A stretch of 62,499 nt of DNA, filler included, from Nitrospinae bacterium RIFCSPLOWO2_12_FULL_45_22 (GCA_001803565.1; 6 parts of 6 records of this genome joined end to end with filler, not necessarily neighbours in it), one strand, 5' to 3'. Shown: positions 1 through 9,377, numbered from the whole stretch's first letter. The notes: generated by a model not told the origin, from the letters alone. Numbers and translations are program-made.

Positions 1-110
1 CGAAGGCTTGCTCGCCTCTATCCAGGTCCTTTGCCATTCCTTAGTGACTTTGTGCCTTGGTGGCTGAACGATTACTATTTTTTTTAAGTATTGTAACTTT
101 CTTTTTGTTG

Positions 111-230
111 ACATGGACTGCCTTCGACATGCATCTCACCGGGACCCCAGTGCCGGTTCCAGCGACACTCTGGCTCTTCGGGACCGCCATGATCGGCCTT
201 GCCTGGTTCAGGAAAAGGTTTTTGATTTAA
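111..230 (+). pseudogene. Orphan VPLPA/PEP-CTERM sorting tail (gene remnant)
   Basis: Manual translation TWTAFDMHLTGTPVPVPATLWLFGTAMIGLAWFRKRFLI*; in-frame TGA at 45-47 leaves no room for a passenger domain. Confidence 0.65.
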
Positions 231-253
231 TCTTAATCTGAGAAGGGAAACAA

Positions 254-2341
254 ATGAAGAAAGTAGGAAGTTTACGGCTCATTGTTCTTCTATCGCTACT
301 GGTCGGATGCTTTGGCAGTATCGAAGACAGGAGGGACAAGTTCTTTGAGAAAGGGAAAAAGTATTATCATGAACAGAACTATGTAAAGGCGAGGCTAGAA
401 TTGAAAAATGCCGTCCAGATAGATCCTAAATTTGCTGAGGGTTATTACTGGCTCGGCCTGTGTGCCCTCCAGCTTCGAGACATCCGGCAGGCCTACAGCA
501 GTTTTTTTAAGGCCGTGGAATTAAACCCTGATCTATTAGAAGCCCAATTACAACTGGGTACACTACTACTATTGGCTAAACAACCAGATAAGGCCATGGA
601 GAGGGCGAATATTATCCTTTCACAAGAATCTCAGGATGTGAATGGTCTATCTCTTAAGGCTTCTATCCTGACTGCTCAGGGAGACCTGGCCGGGGCTATA
701 GATATACTCCAGGGGATAATAGAAAGACACCCGGAAAAGATCGATACCTATCTGATGATATCTGCTATCCTGGCCAGGCAGGGTAAACCCAAAAAGGCAG
801 AAGCGGCCTTGAAAAAAGGACTGGAGAGGGAGCCACAGAATATCTCGCTCCATCTGGCCCTCGCTACTCTTTATATGACCCAGAAGCGCTACCGGGATGC
901 GGAGAAGATATACCAAAAAATAGTGCAAACAGTACCTGAAAACCCGGATTACCGCCTCCTATTGGCCCGCTACTATAATACCACCGGTTACCCGGGAAAA
1001 GCGGAGTCCATATTGCGCTCGGTTGTCAAGGCAGATCTCAAGAGTGAGAAATATATGATTGAATTAGCGAGATTCTTGATCCGTCAGAAGCGACCTGGGG
1101 ATGCCGAGAAGGAGCTGATTAAATTTATTGAGAGTGTACCCAGTGCCTATAAGGTACGCTTCAGCCTGGGTGAATTATATGCCGCTACTAATCAGATGGA
1201 TAAGGCCGGAGAAACCTTCCGGAAGATCATCACCCTGGAGCCGGAGGGTGCCAATTCTGCCCGGGCAAAGAATGCCTTAGCAAAGGTCCATCTGGTCCAG
1301 GGCCGATATGATGAGGCCCTGAAGGAAACAGATGAGGCTATACAGAAAAATCCCAGGGACCTGGAGGCCCATCTGACCAAAGGGCAGATTTATCTTGCCA
1401 AGCGGGATGGGGTCAATGCCGTAGGGTATTTTCGGACAGTTATCAAAGAGAATCCTGACTATATCGAAGGATATGTTCTGTTGGCCAAGGCCCACCTCCT
1501 CAGTCGAGAACCGGCCCTGGCAGAGGAGCAATACAAGAAGGCCCTGTCTATAAGACCCGCATACCTGCCGGCCCTGGAAGGGTTAGGTGATCTGTACGTG
1601 CTCAAGAAAGACCTGGACAGGGCAGAAAAGACCTATCAGGAAATAAAAGAGCGCTTCCCCAAAAACCCCCTGGGTAGTTTCAAGCTAGGCGGGCTTTACC
1701 GCCTCCAAGGGCGGTATGAGCTGGCCGGACAAAATCTTGAGCAGGCTATAGAGCTATCGCCTGCCTGGCAATTGCCTTACCGAAACCTGGCTGAATTATA
1801 CATCCAGGAGGGAAAACTGGGGCCGGCAGAGGATAGCTTGCAAAAAGCCTTACAGATAAACCCTGACTCCTTTTCTATTATCCTGTTGCTCGGGAGCATT
1901 TATGAAAATAAGGGGGAAATCGAAAAGGCTATGGGTTGCTATCGGAACATCCTGGATAAGGATGCCAAATTTGCCCCGGCAGCGAATAATCTCGCCTATC
2001 TCCTTGCGGAATACTATCCTACCCAGGAGAATCTTGCTAAGGCCCTGGGCCTGGCAGAAAAGGCTGCTAGCCTCCACCCCGATAACCCTTTTATTGCCGA
2101 TACCCTGGGATGGGTGAAATACAGGCTTGGGAAAAGCGATGAGGCCATCATACATTTCACCAAGGCCCTTGAGGCGAAACCTGAGGAGCCCATCTTCCAT
2201 TATCATCTGGGGGCCGCCCTTTATGAAAAAGGCGATCAGCAGAAGGCCAGAGGGGCCTTACAAGCAGCCCTGAGAAAGGCAGAGACATCCGCTAACTGGC
2301 TGTCGGATGCCAAAAAATTAATGAATTTATTGGAACAGTAG
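254..2341 (+). CDS. TPR-repeat lipoprotein, PEP-CTERM/EPS-associated (PrsT-like)
   Basis: Lipobox LLVGC, many TPR units, NNLAYLLA and ADTLGWV segments; flanked by PEP-CTERM genes. Confidence 0.8.
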   Translation: MKKVGSLRLIVLLSLLVGCFGSIEDRRDKFFEKGKKYYHEQNYVKARLELKNAVQIDPKFAEGYYWLGLCALQLRDIRQAYSSFFKAVELNPDLLEAQLQLGTLLLLAKQPDKAMERANIILSQESQDVNGLSLKASILTAQGDLAGAIDILQGIIERHPEKIDTYLMISAILARQGKPKKAEAALKKGLEREPQNISLHLALATLYMTQKRYRDAEKIYQKIVQTVPENPDYRLLLARYYNTTGYPGKAESILRSVVKADLKSEKYMIELARFLIRQKRPGDAEKELIKFIESVPSAYKVRFSLGELYAATNQMDKAGETFRKIITLEPEGANSARAKNALAKVHLVQGRYDEALKETDEAIQKNPRDLEAHLTKGQIYLAKRDGVNAVGYFRTVIKENPDYIEGYVLLAKAHLLSREPALAEEQYKKALSIRPAYLPALEGLGDLYVLKKDLDRAEKTYQEIKERFPKNPLGSFKLGGLYRLQGRYELAGQNLEQAIELSPAWQLPYRNLAELYIQEGKLGPAEDSLQKALQINPDSFSIILLLGSIYENKGEIEKAMGCYRNILDKDAKFAPAANNLAYLLAEYYPTQENLAKALGLAEKAASLHPDNPFIADTLGWVKYRLGKSDEAIIHFTKALEAKPEEPIFHYHLGAALYEKGDQQKARGALQAALRKAETSANWLSDAKKLMNLLEQ

Positions 2342-2488
2342 AGAGAGTAAAAAAAATATCAAAAAATCGTAGCTAAAAATGGTTGATTAGTTGAAAGGAC
2401 CTATGATAAAAATAAGAAACATTGAGGGAAGTGGGATCATTTTTCATGGTCTTTTCTAAACCAACGGTTCATGGGAGGTGTTATTATT

Positions 2489-3034
2489 ATGAAAATAAGA
2501 AACATTACCACCATCACATTTTTACTGATCTCGGTGATAGTATTTTCCTCGACCGAAACCGTTGCCGATAGCCGATTCTTCATGGTGGATGGGGACGATG
2601 CGGAAAATTCGGTGACGGCTACATTCATCAATGCTACCCCATACTCCTTCGGATTTTTGGATGAGACTTTGACTTTTGAAGAAATAGCGGGAGGCGGGGA
2701 ATTCGGTAGTTATGACTTTATAGGAGGAGAAGCCCCCAATTTTGCGCTGTATTTAGGAGATAGTTACCTGACCTTACTGACTGATGATGCTACCGTCACT
2801 TATTTGGGACCCATTGATTGGGAGAATTCGGAGAACCCTTCACTATCAACTGATTATTGGAGAGGGGCCTGGATAGCATGGGCTACACCATTCCCCGACA
2901 TCACAATAGGAATAACTACCAGTCATCCAAATGACGGCTTCTCCCCGGTTCCTATCCCCACTACTCTTCTCCTGCTTAGTACGGGGTTAGTAGCCCTGGT
3001 AGGGTTGAGGAGGAAGTACATAATTCAGGATTAA
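2489..3034 (+). CDS. VPLPA/PEP-CTERM sorted surface protein
   Basis: Signal peptide; C-terminal PVPIPTTLLLLSTGLVALVGLRRK; GGAGG upstream of ATG 2489. Confidence 0.85.
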   Translation: MKIRNITTITFLLISVIVFSSTETVADSRFFMVDGDDAENSVTATFINATPYSFGFLDETLTFEEIAGGGEFGSYDFIGGEAPNFALYLGDSYLTLLTDDATVTYLGPIDWENSENPSLSTDYWRGAWIAWATPFPDITIGITTSHPNDGFSPVPIPTTLLLLSTGLVALVGLRRKYIIQD

Positions 3035-3064
3035 AAGAGTATATTCGTAAATAAGGAGGGCGAG

Positions 3065-3766
3065 ATGAAAAGGGTGGTGAGATTTATAAAGATTTTATTA
3101 CTGGCTGCATCTTTAGTGATGATTAACGTCTTGCCAGCTAAGGCATCCTTGTGGGATGCGCCTGTTGATCCAGGCGATTATACGGGATCGCGTACCTCAG
3201 CCTCAGGGGGAGGAGTTTATGCAACCCAGAGCTGGGACAATGGCGGCTTCACCATCTCATGGGATATCACGAATAACAATGATGGTACATTAACATATAA
3301 GTACACACTAACTGGTGAGAAAAAAAGTATTTCCCACTTTATATTGGAACTGAGCGGTGATATCGAAGGCGATATTTTCGACGGATCGGATCCCTACCAA
3401 GGACCAGCGTCCTGGGGTCCCGGTCACGGCAATAGCAACCCGGGATTCCCTGAAGGAGCCGCCATATATGGAATCAAATTCGAATTTGGGGGTAGTCCGG
3501 TTACTTATACATTGGTAACCAACCGATTGCCGGTATGGGGAAATTTTTACGCTAAGGACGGCAAAGAAAGTGGTGACTTTCTTTTCGCTTATAACAATGC
3601 GCTAGCGCTTACTGGTTTTAATAGCGATGTGGAAAATGACTTCATAGCCCGTCCCAACAGTATTGTCCCCCTACCCGGTTCGATGGTTCTTTTCGGCACT
3701 GCACTCGTTGGTTTGCTGGTGTACGGTAGAGGGAAATTCAAGCCACAAAGATATAGGCTTCTTTAA
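3065..3766 (+). CDS. VPLPA/PEP-CTERM sorted surface protein
   Basis: Signal peptide ending PAKA; C-terminal VPLPGSMVLFGTALVGLLVYGRGK; AAGGAGG RBS. Confidence 0.85.
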   Translation: MKRVVRFIKILLLAASLVMINVLPAKASLWDAPVDPGDYTGSRTSASGGGVYATQSWDNGGFTISWDITNNNDGTLTYKYTLTGEKKSISHFILELSGDIEGDIFDGSDPYQGPASWGPGHGNSNPGFPEGAAIYGIKFEFGGSPVTYTLVTNRLPVWGNFYAKDGKESGDFLFAYNNALALTGFNSDVENDFIARPNSIVPLPGSMVLFGTALVGLLVYGRGKFKPQRYRLL

Positions 3767-3844
3767 CCTTTATAAATCACTATTCATAGCTGTCCCATCT
3801 GGCATAACCATTCCCGGCTCTAACTTCCTTGACCTCATTTGAAC

Positions 3845-4066
3845 TTATCGCCCTTCGGGCGGGCTTTTTGTATTAGTCCAAATAAAATCACCACCGCACT
3901 TAGGACACACTAATTCTTCAGGCTCTCCTTCACGCTCGGCATCAAGAATACAGGCCACATCCATCACTTCTTCTTCATACCTACAATCCTGGCAGCGATA
4001 ATTGTAATACTCTGGCTTGCCCAGGAACTCCAGCTCCTCCGGACCCAATTCCCAACCTTTGATCAT
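3845..4066 (-). CDS. Small zinc-ribbon protein
   Basis: YRCQDC and CPKCGG pairs; start uncertain (ORF track starts at 4096). Confidence 0.55.
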   Translation of the reverse strand: MIKGWELGPEELEFLGKPEYYNYRCQDCRYEEEVMDVACILDAEREGEPEELVCPKCGGDFIWTNTKSPPEGR

Positions 4067-4125
4067 ACTTCCCCTTCTCCATTTAGTTAAACTCATCGTA
4101 TATTATTCCATACTTGGGGTGCCAT

Positions 4126-4154
4126 ACCTGCCTGTGCTGGCACGGCAGACAGGT
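4126..4154. repeat. Mini palindrome, CCTGCCTG...GCAGACAGG family
   Basis: ACCTGCCTGTGCTGGCACGGCAGACAGGT; relatives at 4381, 21177, 27546. Confidence 0.8.
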
Positions 4155-4380
4155 CGTGCAGAGGTCCATCTCACTCCTGAATGCAATGAAGGACCTTATC
4201 TGGAACAAACAAAGGGGTCTTTACCAGATACCCCTTGGTAACGATCTCTATAGCGCTTAAGGACTATTATCCGGTATGCCCCTTTAACTGCCCTCCCTAT
4301 CCGTTAGATTCGCTGTACTCACTACAGGCTTATCGCCTCTGAGACTACCTCCTTAACCCGATTAAATGTGCGGGTGGCCT

Positions 4381-4433
4381 GCCTGCCTGTGCGTAGCCTG
4401 CCTGTGCCTTGGCAGACAGGCACGCAGACAGGT
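4381..4433. repeat. Nested double copy of the CCTGCCTG...GCAGACAGG palindrome
   Basis: GCCTGCCTGTGCGTA[GCCTGCCTGTGCCTTGGCAGACAG]GCACGCAGACAGGT. Confidence 0.8.
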
Positions 4434-4900
4434 CCATTAGGGTATCTCTTCCACATCGGGGGTACCCCCTGGGTGCTACCCACTTGTCTACATACACCTT
4501 CCCACAGGATAAACAAAAACCACTCTTACAACTAAAGGCTATCTTCTTCTCATCCCATCCACAATGAAAACACATGTAGCTACTGTAACCATAAGCTACA
4601 TCTCCACACCCCGGGTACCCCCAGGGTGATCTTCTCAATAATCCCATCATAATAAGGATCGTTATAGCCTGGATAAGAGAGCTTAAATCCTTCCCAATGA
4701 TCCCTAAATATCTGCTTGAAGCTCTCCTTATCAACCCCTTGTTCTCTTCCCACTTCTCTACCCCCTCCATCAATACTCTAGATATTGGGCTATAAATCAT
4801 TAAAGTCTACCATATCTAGCAGAGAGGGTAAACTCTTTTCTACTTTGCTTCTCCCCCTACCCCCTTGGGATTCATCTCCTGAAAAACCGCATTATTAAAA

Positions 4901-4915
4901 TGAAAATTCCTATAC
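4901..4915 (+). mobile_element. Putative IS91/ISCR oriIS end
   Basis: TGAAAATTCCTATAC resembles the TTCCTATAC oriIS terminus; lies exactly where Wzc homology starts. Confidence 0.5.
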
Positions 4916-5900
4916 TATCAAGATAAACTTCCAGGCCCGTGATTCCGGGCTGGCGTCCCGGGTAGCCAATACCCTGGCAGAGCCATATATCCAGTCTGAC
5001 CTTGAGGCCAAGCTCTCCGCTTCCCGGGAAGCTACCCATTGGCTGAGGCAGAAGCTAGAACCGCTAAAAGAGAAGGTAGAGGAGTCGGAAAGGGCTTTGC
5101 AGGAGTTTATGAGCGCTGAGCGTATCATCTCCTTACCTACCCTGGAAAAGGCCGAGAGGGGCAGTGAGAACATTGTTGCCCAGGGTCTGGCAGAACTCAA
5201 TACCGAGCTGACCAAGGCCAAGGCCGATCGGATTGCGCTGGAGACCATGACCCATGAGATGGAGCGCCTCGCCCAAAAACCAGGCATGCTGGAGGCACTG
5301 CCCGCAGCCATCAACAATTTGCTGGTCCAGGAGCTCAAGGCCGATTATGCCCGGCTCCTCGGTGAATACTCCACACTCAGTGAAAAGTATGGCCCCAGGC
5401 ATCCCAGAATCGTGCAGCTCCACTCCCACATAAAAGAGATGGAGGAAAAGATAGCCTATGAAGTAAACAAGATTGCCCGCAGTATAAGGACCCAATACCA
5501 GGCGGCATGCGCCCGCGAACAGAGCCTCCTAAATACCCTGGAGGAACAAAAGCAAGAAGCCCTGTCCCTCAACAAAAAGGTCATCCGCTATGGTGTCTTG
5601 AAAAGGGAAGTCGAGACCAATAAGCAGCTCTATGAGAACTTCCTTCTGCGTCTCAAAGAGACCAGCGCCACCGCGGGCTTGAAGACTACCAACATACGGA
5701 TCGTAGACCGGGCCGAGGTACCTGCTAGGCCCATAAAGCCCAGAATCATCCTTAACCTGGTTCTGGCCCTCATCTCCGGCCTTACCCTTGGCATTGGCAT
5801 GGCCTTTTTCCTGGACTATCTGGATAATAGCATCCGTACTCCCGAGGATGTAGAGCAGTACCTGCAACTGCCCATCCTGGGCATAATACCCCATCATTAG
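4914..5900 (+). pseudogene. 5'-truncated Wzc/GumC-type polysaccharide copolymerase
   Basis: Frame open from 4914 (TIKINFQARDSGLASRVANTLAEPYI...WLRQKL), YGPRHP, IRIVDRAEVP..PIKP, one TM, DNSIRTPEDVE..LQLPILGIIP; N-terminal TM/Wzz part absent. Confidence 0.75.
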
Positions 5901-5910
5901 GAATAGCAAA

Positions 5911-6834
5911 ATGAAAAACAAAAATAACGCCCTAATGGCTACAAGAGATAAAGAGAGGCCCCCGGCCATAGATTATTACCGCAACCTCTGGGCCAATATC
6001 CGGTTTAGTCGGATGGAAGGCCCCCTCAAGACCATACTGGTTACCAGCAGCATGGATGGGGAGGGGAAATCTACCCTGCTGGCTAATCTCGGCATGGTGA
6101 TAGCCCAGGCCGGCAAGCGTGTACTCCTGCTCGATACCGACCTGCGCGCTCCCGATCTCCACAAGCTTTTCCGTGTGAAGAGAGAACCCGGGATTACCGG
6201 GACCTTAAGGGATATCTTTGAGAGAGAGATAAAAAATGGCCTGTTCGAAGAGATTAGTCCGGCTGAGTACTTAAGGATCCTCAAACTCCAGGCCAGGACC
6301 GGCTATCTTACCTTTGAAAGCAATGACGAGTCCCTCACCCTGACCCTTGACCGGGGAACAGTAGTCGATACCTCATGGCAGAACAGGCCTTTGACCAGGA
6401 GGCTCGGTAACCTCCTGCTCAGGGACGGCAAGATAACCGGGGAACAACTTCAAGAGGCCCTTAACCGGCAGGATCAAAACAATAGTTCCTTGCCCCTGGG
6501 CCATATCATGATCAAGCTCGGCTATATCGCGCCCGCTGACATAAAAGGCCCATGCCAACACCAGATAAGCGAGGCTATTACCTATCTAATGCGCTGGCGT
6601 GAAGGAAGATTCTATTTTCAAGAAGGAGAAGATGTAACTTATGAAAAGGAAGTCATAAACCTCTTAACCGATCCGGACCCTTTCTCCCCGATGATAGAAC
6701 CCATGGCAGGCGGCCCTTATATAGAGACCAGTCTTTCCAGGGTAATACAGCCGACTATTATAGACAATCTCTGGGTTATGCCCAGTGGCCCCCTCCCACC
6801 CAACCCCACTGCCATACTGGAATCAGCAGGATGA
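5911..6834 (+). CDS. CpsD/CapB-type BY-kinase, N-terminal part, with inserted DUF4388-like/MshEN-motif domain
   Basis: Walker A SSMDGEGKS, Walker A' LLDTDLRAP, SGPLPPNP; insert at about aa 107-270 contains RLGNLLLRDGKITGEQLQEALNRQ. Confidence 0.8.
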   Translation: MKNKNNALMATRDKERPPAIDYYRNLWANIRFSRMEGPLKTILVTSSMDGEGKSTLLANLGMVIAQAGKRVLLLDTDLRAPDLHKLFRVKREPGITGTLRDIFEREIKNGLFEEISPAEYLRILKLQARTGYLTFESNDESLTLTLDRGTVVDTSWQNRPLTRRLGNLLLRDGKITGEQLQEALNRQDQNNSSLPLGHIMIKLGYIAPADIKGPCQHQISEAITYLMRWREGRFYFQEGEDVTYEKEVINLLTDPDPFSPMIEPMAGGPYIETSLSRVIQPTIIDNLWVMPSGPLPPNPTAILESAG

Positions 6835-7121
6835 AGGAATTCTTACGGCTGCTGCGGGCACGGTTTGATATGGTCCTGCTCGACTCACCGCCCGTTATGG
6901 CGGTAGCCGATGCCAGTATTCTGTCTAGCCTGGTTGACGGTGTGATCCTGGTAGTACGTTCCGGTCTTTATCCCCGCAAGGTAATAAAAGATGCCAGGGA
7001 GCATCTGGAAGCAACCGGTGCCCGGCTCCTGGGCGTTGTTCTGAACGACATAAGCAGTAAAGATGGCGGGTATTATGTCCGTTATCCCTCCAGGTATTAT
7101 AAAAAAGAATCCGCCGTTTAG
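6831..7121 (+). CDS. BY-kinase C-terminal part (split or frameshifted)
   Basis: Walker B VLLDSPP, LLGVVLN, Tyr cluster GGYYVRYPSRYY; ATGA overlap with the upstream ORF. Confidence 0.8.
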   Translation: MKEFLRLLRARFDMVLLDSPPVMAVADASILSSLVDGVILVVRSGLYPRKVIKDAREHLEATGARLLGVVLNDISSKDGGYYVRYPSRYYKKESAV

Positions 7122-7401
7122 CAGAATAGGATCCCCATACCTGAAATCAAGGGAGGCCATCGCCTTCATGGGTTCTTATACCCGTCCTGAGCATAGCCGA
7201 AGGGACCGTCGCAATAACGCATGGGGGCGGCGCCCAGATGCCAGGACAGGATTATTGCTAATTATTTTTTGATAGCGTAGAATAAAACCAAAAGAGGTAA
7301 TAACCGATCTGCCTAAAAAGTTTCAAAAATGGGTTATCTCTGAAAAGCACCGTGGAACACATTAATCTTACTAGATCCCCGGAGGGTAAACTGCATAAGC
7401 G

Positions 7402-7632
7402 CTAACTTAATTTAACAGTCTGATTAAAACAAGTATTAAATATTGAATATCGAACAAGGAATTTCGAATTATGAAGTTTTTTGGGAGCAGGTGACGTACC
7501 GCAACGAATGAGTTGCCCGGCAATGTGATTTCCAACTTTTGTCTTTGGCAAAGACTCCGCTGTGCGAATAATTCTGACGGCAAAATCTATTAAACGTTCT
7601 TCAATATCAAATATTTTGTTCTCCTTCGACAT
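7402..7632 (-). pseudogene. Four-helix-bundle protein, truncated
   Basis: DIEERLIDFAVRII..LPKT..GNHIAGQLIRCGTSPAP then loses homology into heptamer-repeat-derived HNSKFLVRYSIF. Confidence 0.7.
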
Positions 7633-7635
7633 TCA

Positions 7636-8064
7636 TTGATGAATATCAATACGGCGGAAATTACCCTGCTTTTGAGGACATACCCTTTTATTGCTGCGGC
7701 TTACCTATTCGGTTCAAAGGTACATGGTTCAGGTGGCCCCTTGAGTGATCTGGATATCGCGATCTTAGTAGATGAGCAAGCACCTTCTGGCATTGACCTT
7801 CTGCGGATCGAGCTCATCCTTGCCTATGAGCTCCAAAAACGTCTCAACGTGCCGGAAGTTGACCTCATCAGCCTCAATCACCAACGACTAACCTTGCAGC
7901 AGACCGTCTTGCGGACAGGACGGTTGATTTACGATGCTAACCCAAAGTACCGCATCAGGTTCACCCAAAGAGTTATTCAAGCCTACTTGGACTTGCAACC
8001 CACCTTAGAGCTGATGGGTAAATTCCACACCCGGGGCCGGCTGAGGAGGTGCGGTATCCGGTGA
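7636..8064 (+). CDS. MNT nucleotidyltransferase antitoxin (MntA-like)
   Basis: YLFGS-x10-DLD motif, VDLISLN; coupled to the HEPN gene. Confidence 0.85.
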   Translation: MMNINTAEITLLLRTYPFIAAAYLFGSKVHGSGGPLSDLDIAILVDEQAPSGIDLLRIELILAYELQKRLNVPEVDLISLNHQRLTLQQTVLRTGRLIYDANPKYRIRFTQRVIQAYLDLQPTLELMGKFHTRGRLRRCGIR

Positions 8065-8486
8065 GGAAAGAAGATGTGCAGAGCAAGCTCGATATTATTC
8101 CGGAGAATCTGGAAAAACTCGCGATCCTCCGGGCCATGAGCTATGAAGAATTCAAATCCGATTTCCGCAACATCGACTCAGTCTTGCATCGCCTTCAGAC
8201 CTCCATCCAAGCCCTGGTAGATATTGGGGGTTACATAATTGCCTCACTTGGGTTACGGACTCCGAGCGCCAGTGGGGAAGTGATCGACATCTTGGTGGAG
8301 CATAGCCTCATTAAGATCGACCAAAGAGAGCGATTCATTTCGATGATCCAGTTTCGCAATCGTATCGCCTATTTCTATAACAACATTGATCTAAAGATCC
8401 TTTACCGGATCCTTCAAGATGAGCTGGTCGACATCCGCGAGCTTTATCAGACGCTCATTCAGATCATTGAAGAACACCCCGAATGA
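8061..8486 (+). CDS. HEPN/DUF86 toxin (HepT-like), catalytic His replaced by Tyr
   Basis: LQTSIQALVDIG..I, FRNRIAYFY in place of RxxxxHxY; GTGA overlap, GAGGAGG RBS. Confidence 0.8.
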   Translation: MRKEDVQSKLDIIPENLEKLAILRAMSYEEFKSDFRNIDSVLHRLQTSIQALVDIGGYIIASLGLRTPSASGEVIDILVEHSLIKIDQRERFISMIQFRNRIAYFYNNIDLKILYRILQDELVDIRELYQTLIQIIEEHPE

Positions 8487-8784
8487 GCAAAAGCATGTTT
8501 AATGAAGCTTATATAATAGCTAATAATAGATCCCACCACTTTTTTCCGCTTCTGCCTAAAGAACCCGGGCTTATGGCAGGGCTAATATATGAACCCTTAT
8601 TCCTCACTCTTCACTTCTCTCTTGCCTGAATCCCGAGCCAATGCTAATAGATGATTGCCAGATAAAGATTTGCTCATCACAAGATGTGATTGGGAATGAC
8701 ACCACTTGTGGTGTCATTCCACCTAGTTTTCCCAATAAAGGTTGATTCGCTCTAGATCCAGGATAACTTTACCCTGCAAGCGAA

Positions 8785-9075
8785 TCACTTCGCTTCTAAG
8801 ATCTTTTCCACTTTTTCGAGAAGCCACTTATGAACTAAAGCTTGTGGAGATAGCCCCTCTTGGTCTGCAATATGCCGGATTTGTTGGCTGAGCTTCTTCT
8901 CCACCACAATAGTCTCTTCAACCTCAGTGAGCGAATCCAGAATCTGGATAGTAAGGGGTGATGCTACCTCAAAAGCGACTTCCGTGGCCTCCAAATCGGC
9001 AGTGGAATGGCTATCTAACCACTCGGCTGCTTCCTCGTAATTCTCGAATTGGGGTAGAGTTTTATGTTTTCGCAT
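8785..9075 (-). CDS. CopG/BrnA-like antitoxin
   Basis: LPQFENYEEAAEWLDSHSTAD N-terminus and RHH-like IADQEGLSPQALVHKWLLEK. Confidence 0.7.
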   Translation of the reverse strand: MRKHKTLPQFENYEEAAEWLDSHSTADLEATEVAFEVASPLTIQILDSLTEVEETIVVEKKLSQQIRHIADQEGLSPQALVHKWLLEKVEKILEAK

Positions 9076-9081
9076 AGCGCC

Positions 9082-9277
9082 TCAGCCATTTCTCTCTAAG
9101 AAAAGACAGGCAGCGCCTATAGCTGTTCGCTTATTACCATCAAGGAAAGGATGGTTTCTAATAATAGAGTCCAGGAGAGCAGCCGCCTTAGAAAAGATAT
9201 CTGAATAAAGGTCTTTCCCTTCAAAAGTGGCTTGTGGCCGGGCAGCCGCTGCTTCTAATAGATGAAGGTCCCGCACT
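9082..9277 (-). pseudogene. Doc/Fic toxin fragment
   Basis: HPFLDGNKRT Fic motif; 5' end cut by contig edge; stops right after FLERNG, short for Doc. Confidence 0.75.
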
Positions 9278-9377
9278 NNNNNNNNNNNNNNNNNNNNNNN
9301 NNNNNNNNNNNNNNNNNNNNNTTAATTAATTAANNNNNNNNNNNNNNNNNNNNNNNNNNNNNNNNNNNNNNNNNNNN
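9278..9377. other. Artificial contig linker
   Basis: 44 N + TTAATTAATTAA + 44 N. Confidence 0.98.

Larger units (their letters stand above)
4100..4800 (-). mobile_element. Degraded IS91-family transposase remnant
   Basis: IAFSCKSGFCLSCGKVYVDKWV resembles the IS91 transposase Zn-binding domain; frames broken and interrupted by palindromes; boundaries approximate. Confidence 0.65.

Noticed and set aside
9278-9377. TTAATTAATTAA motif recurring five times
   Set aside because: Always centred in a 100-bp N block and gives stops in all frames: an assembly linker, not biology
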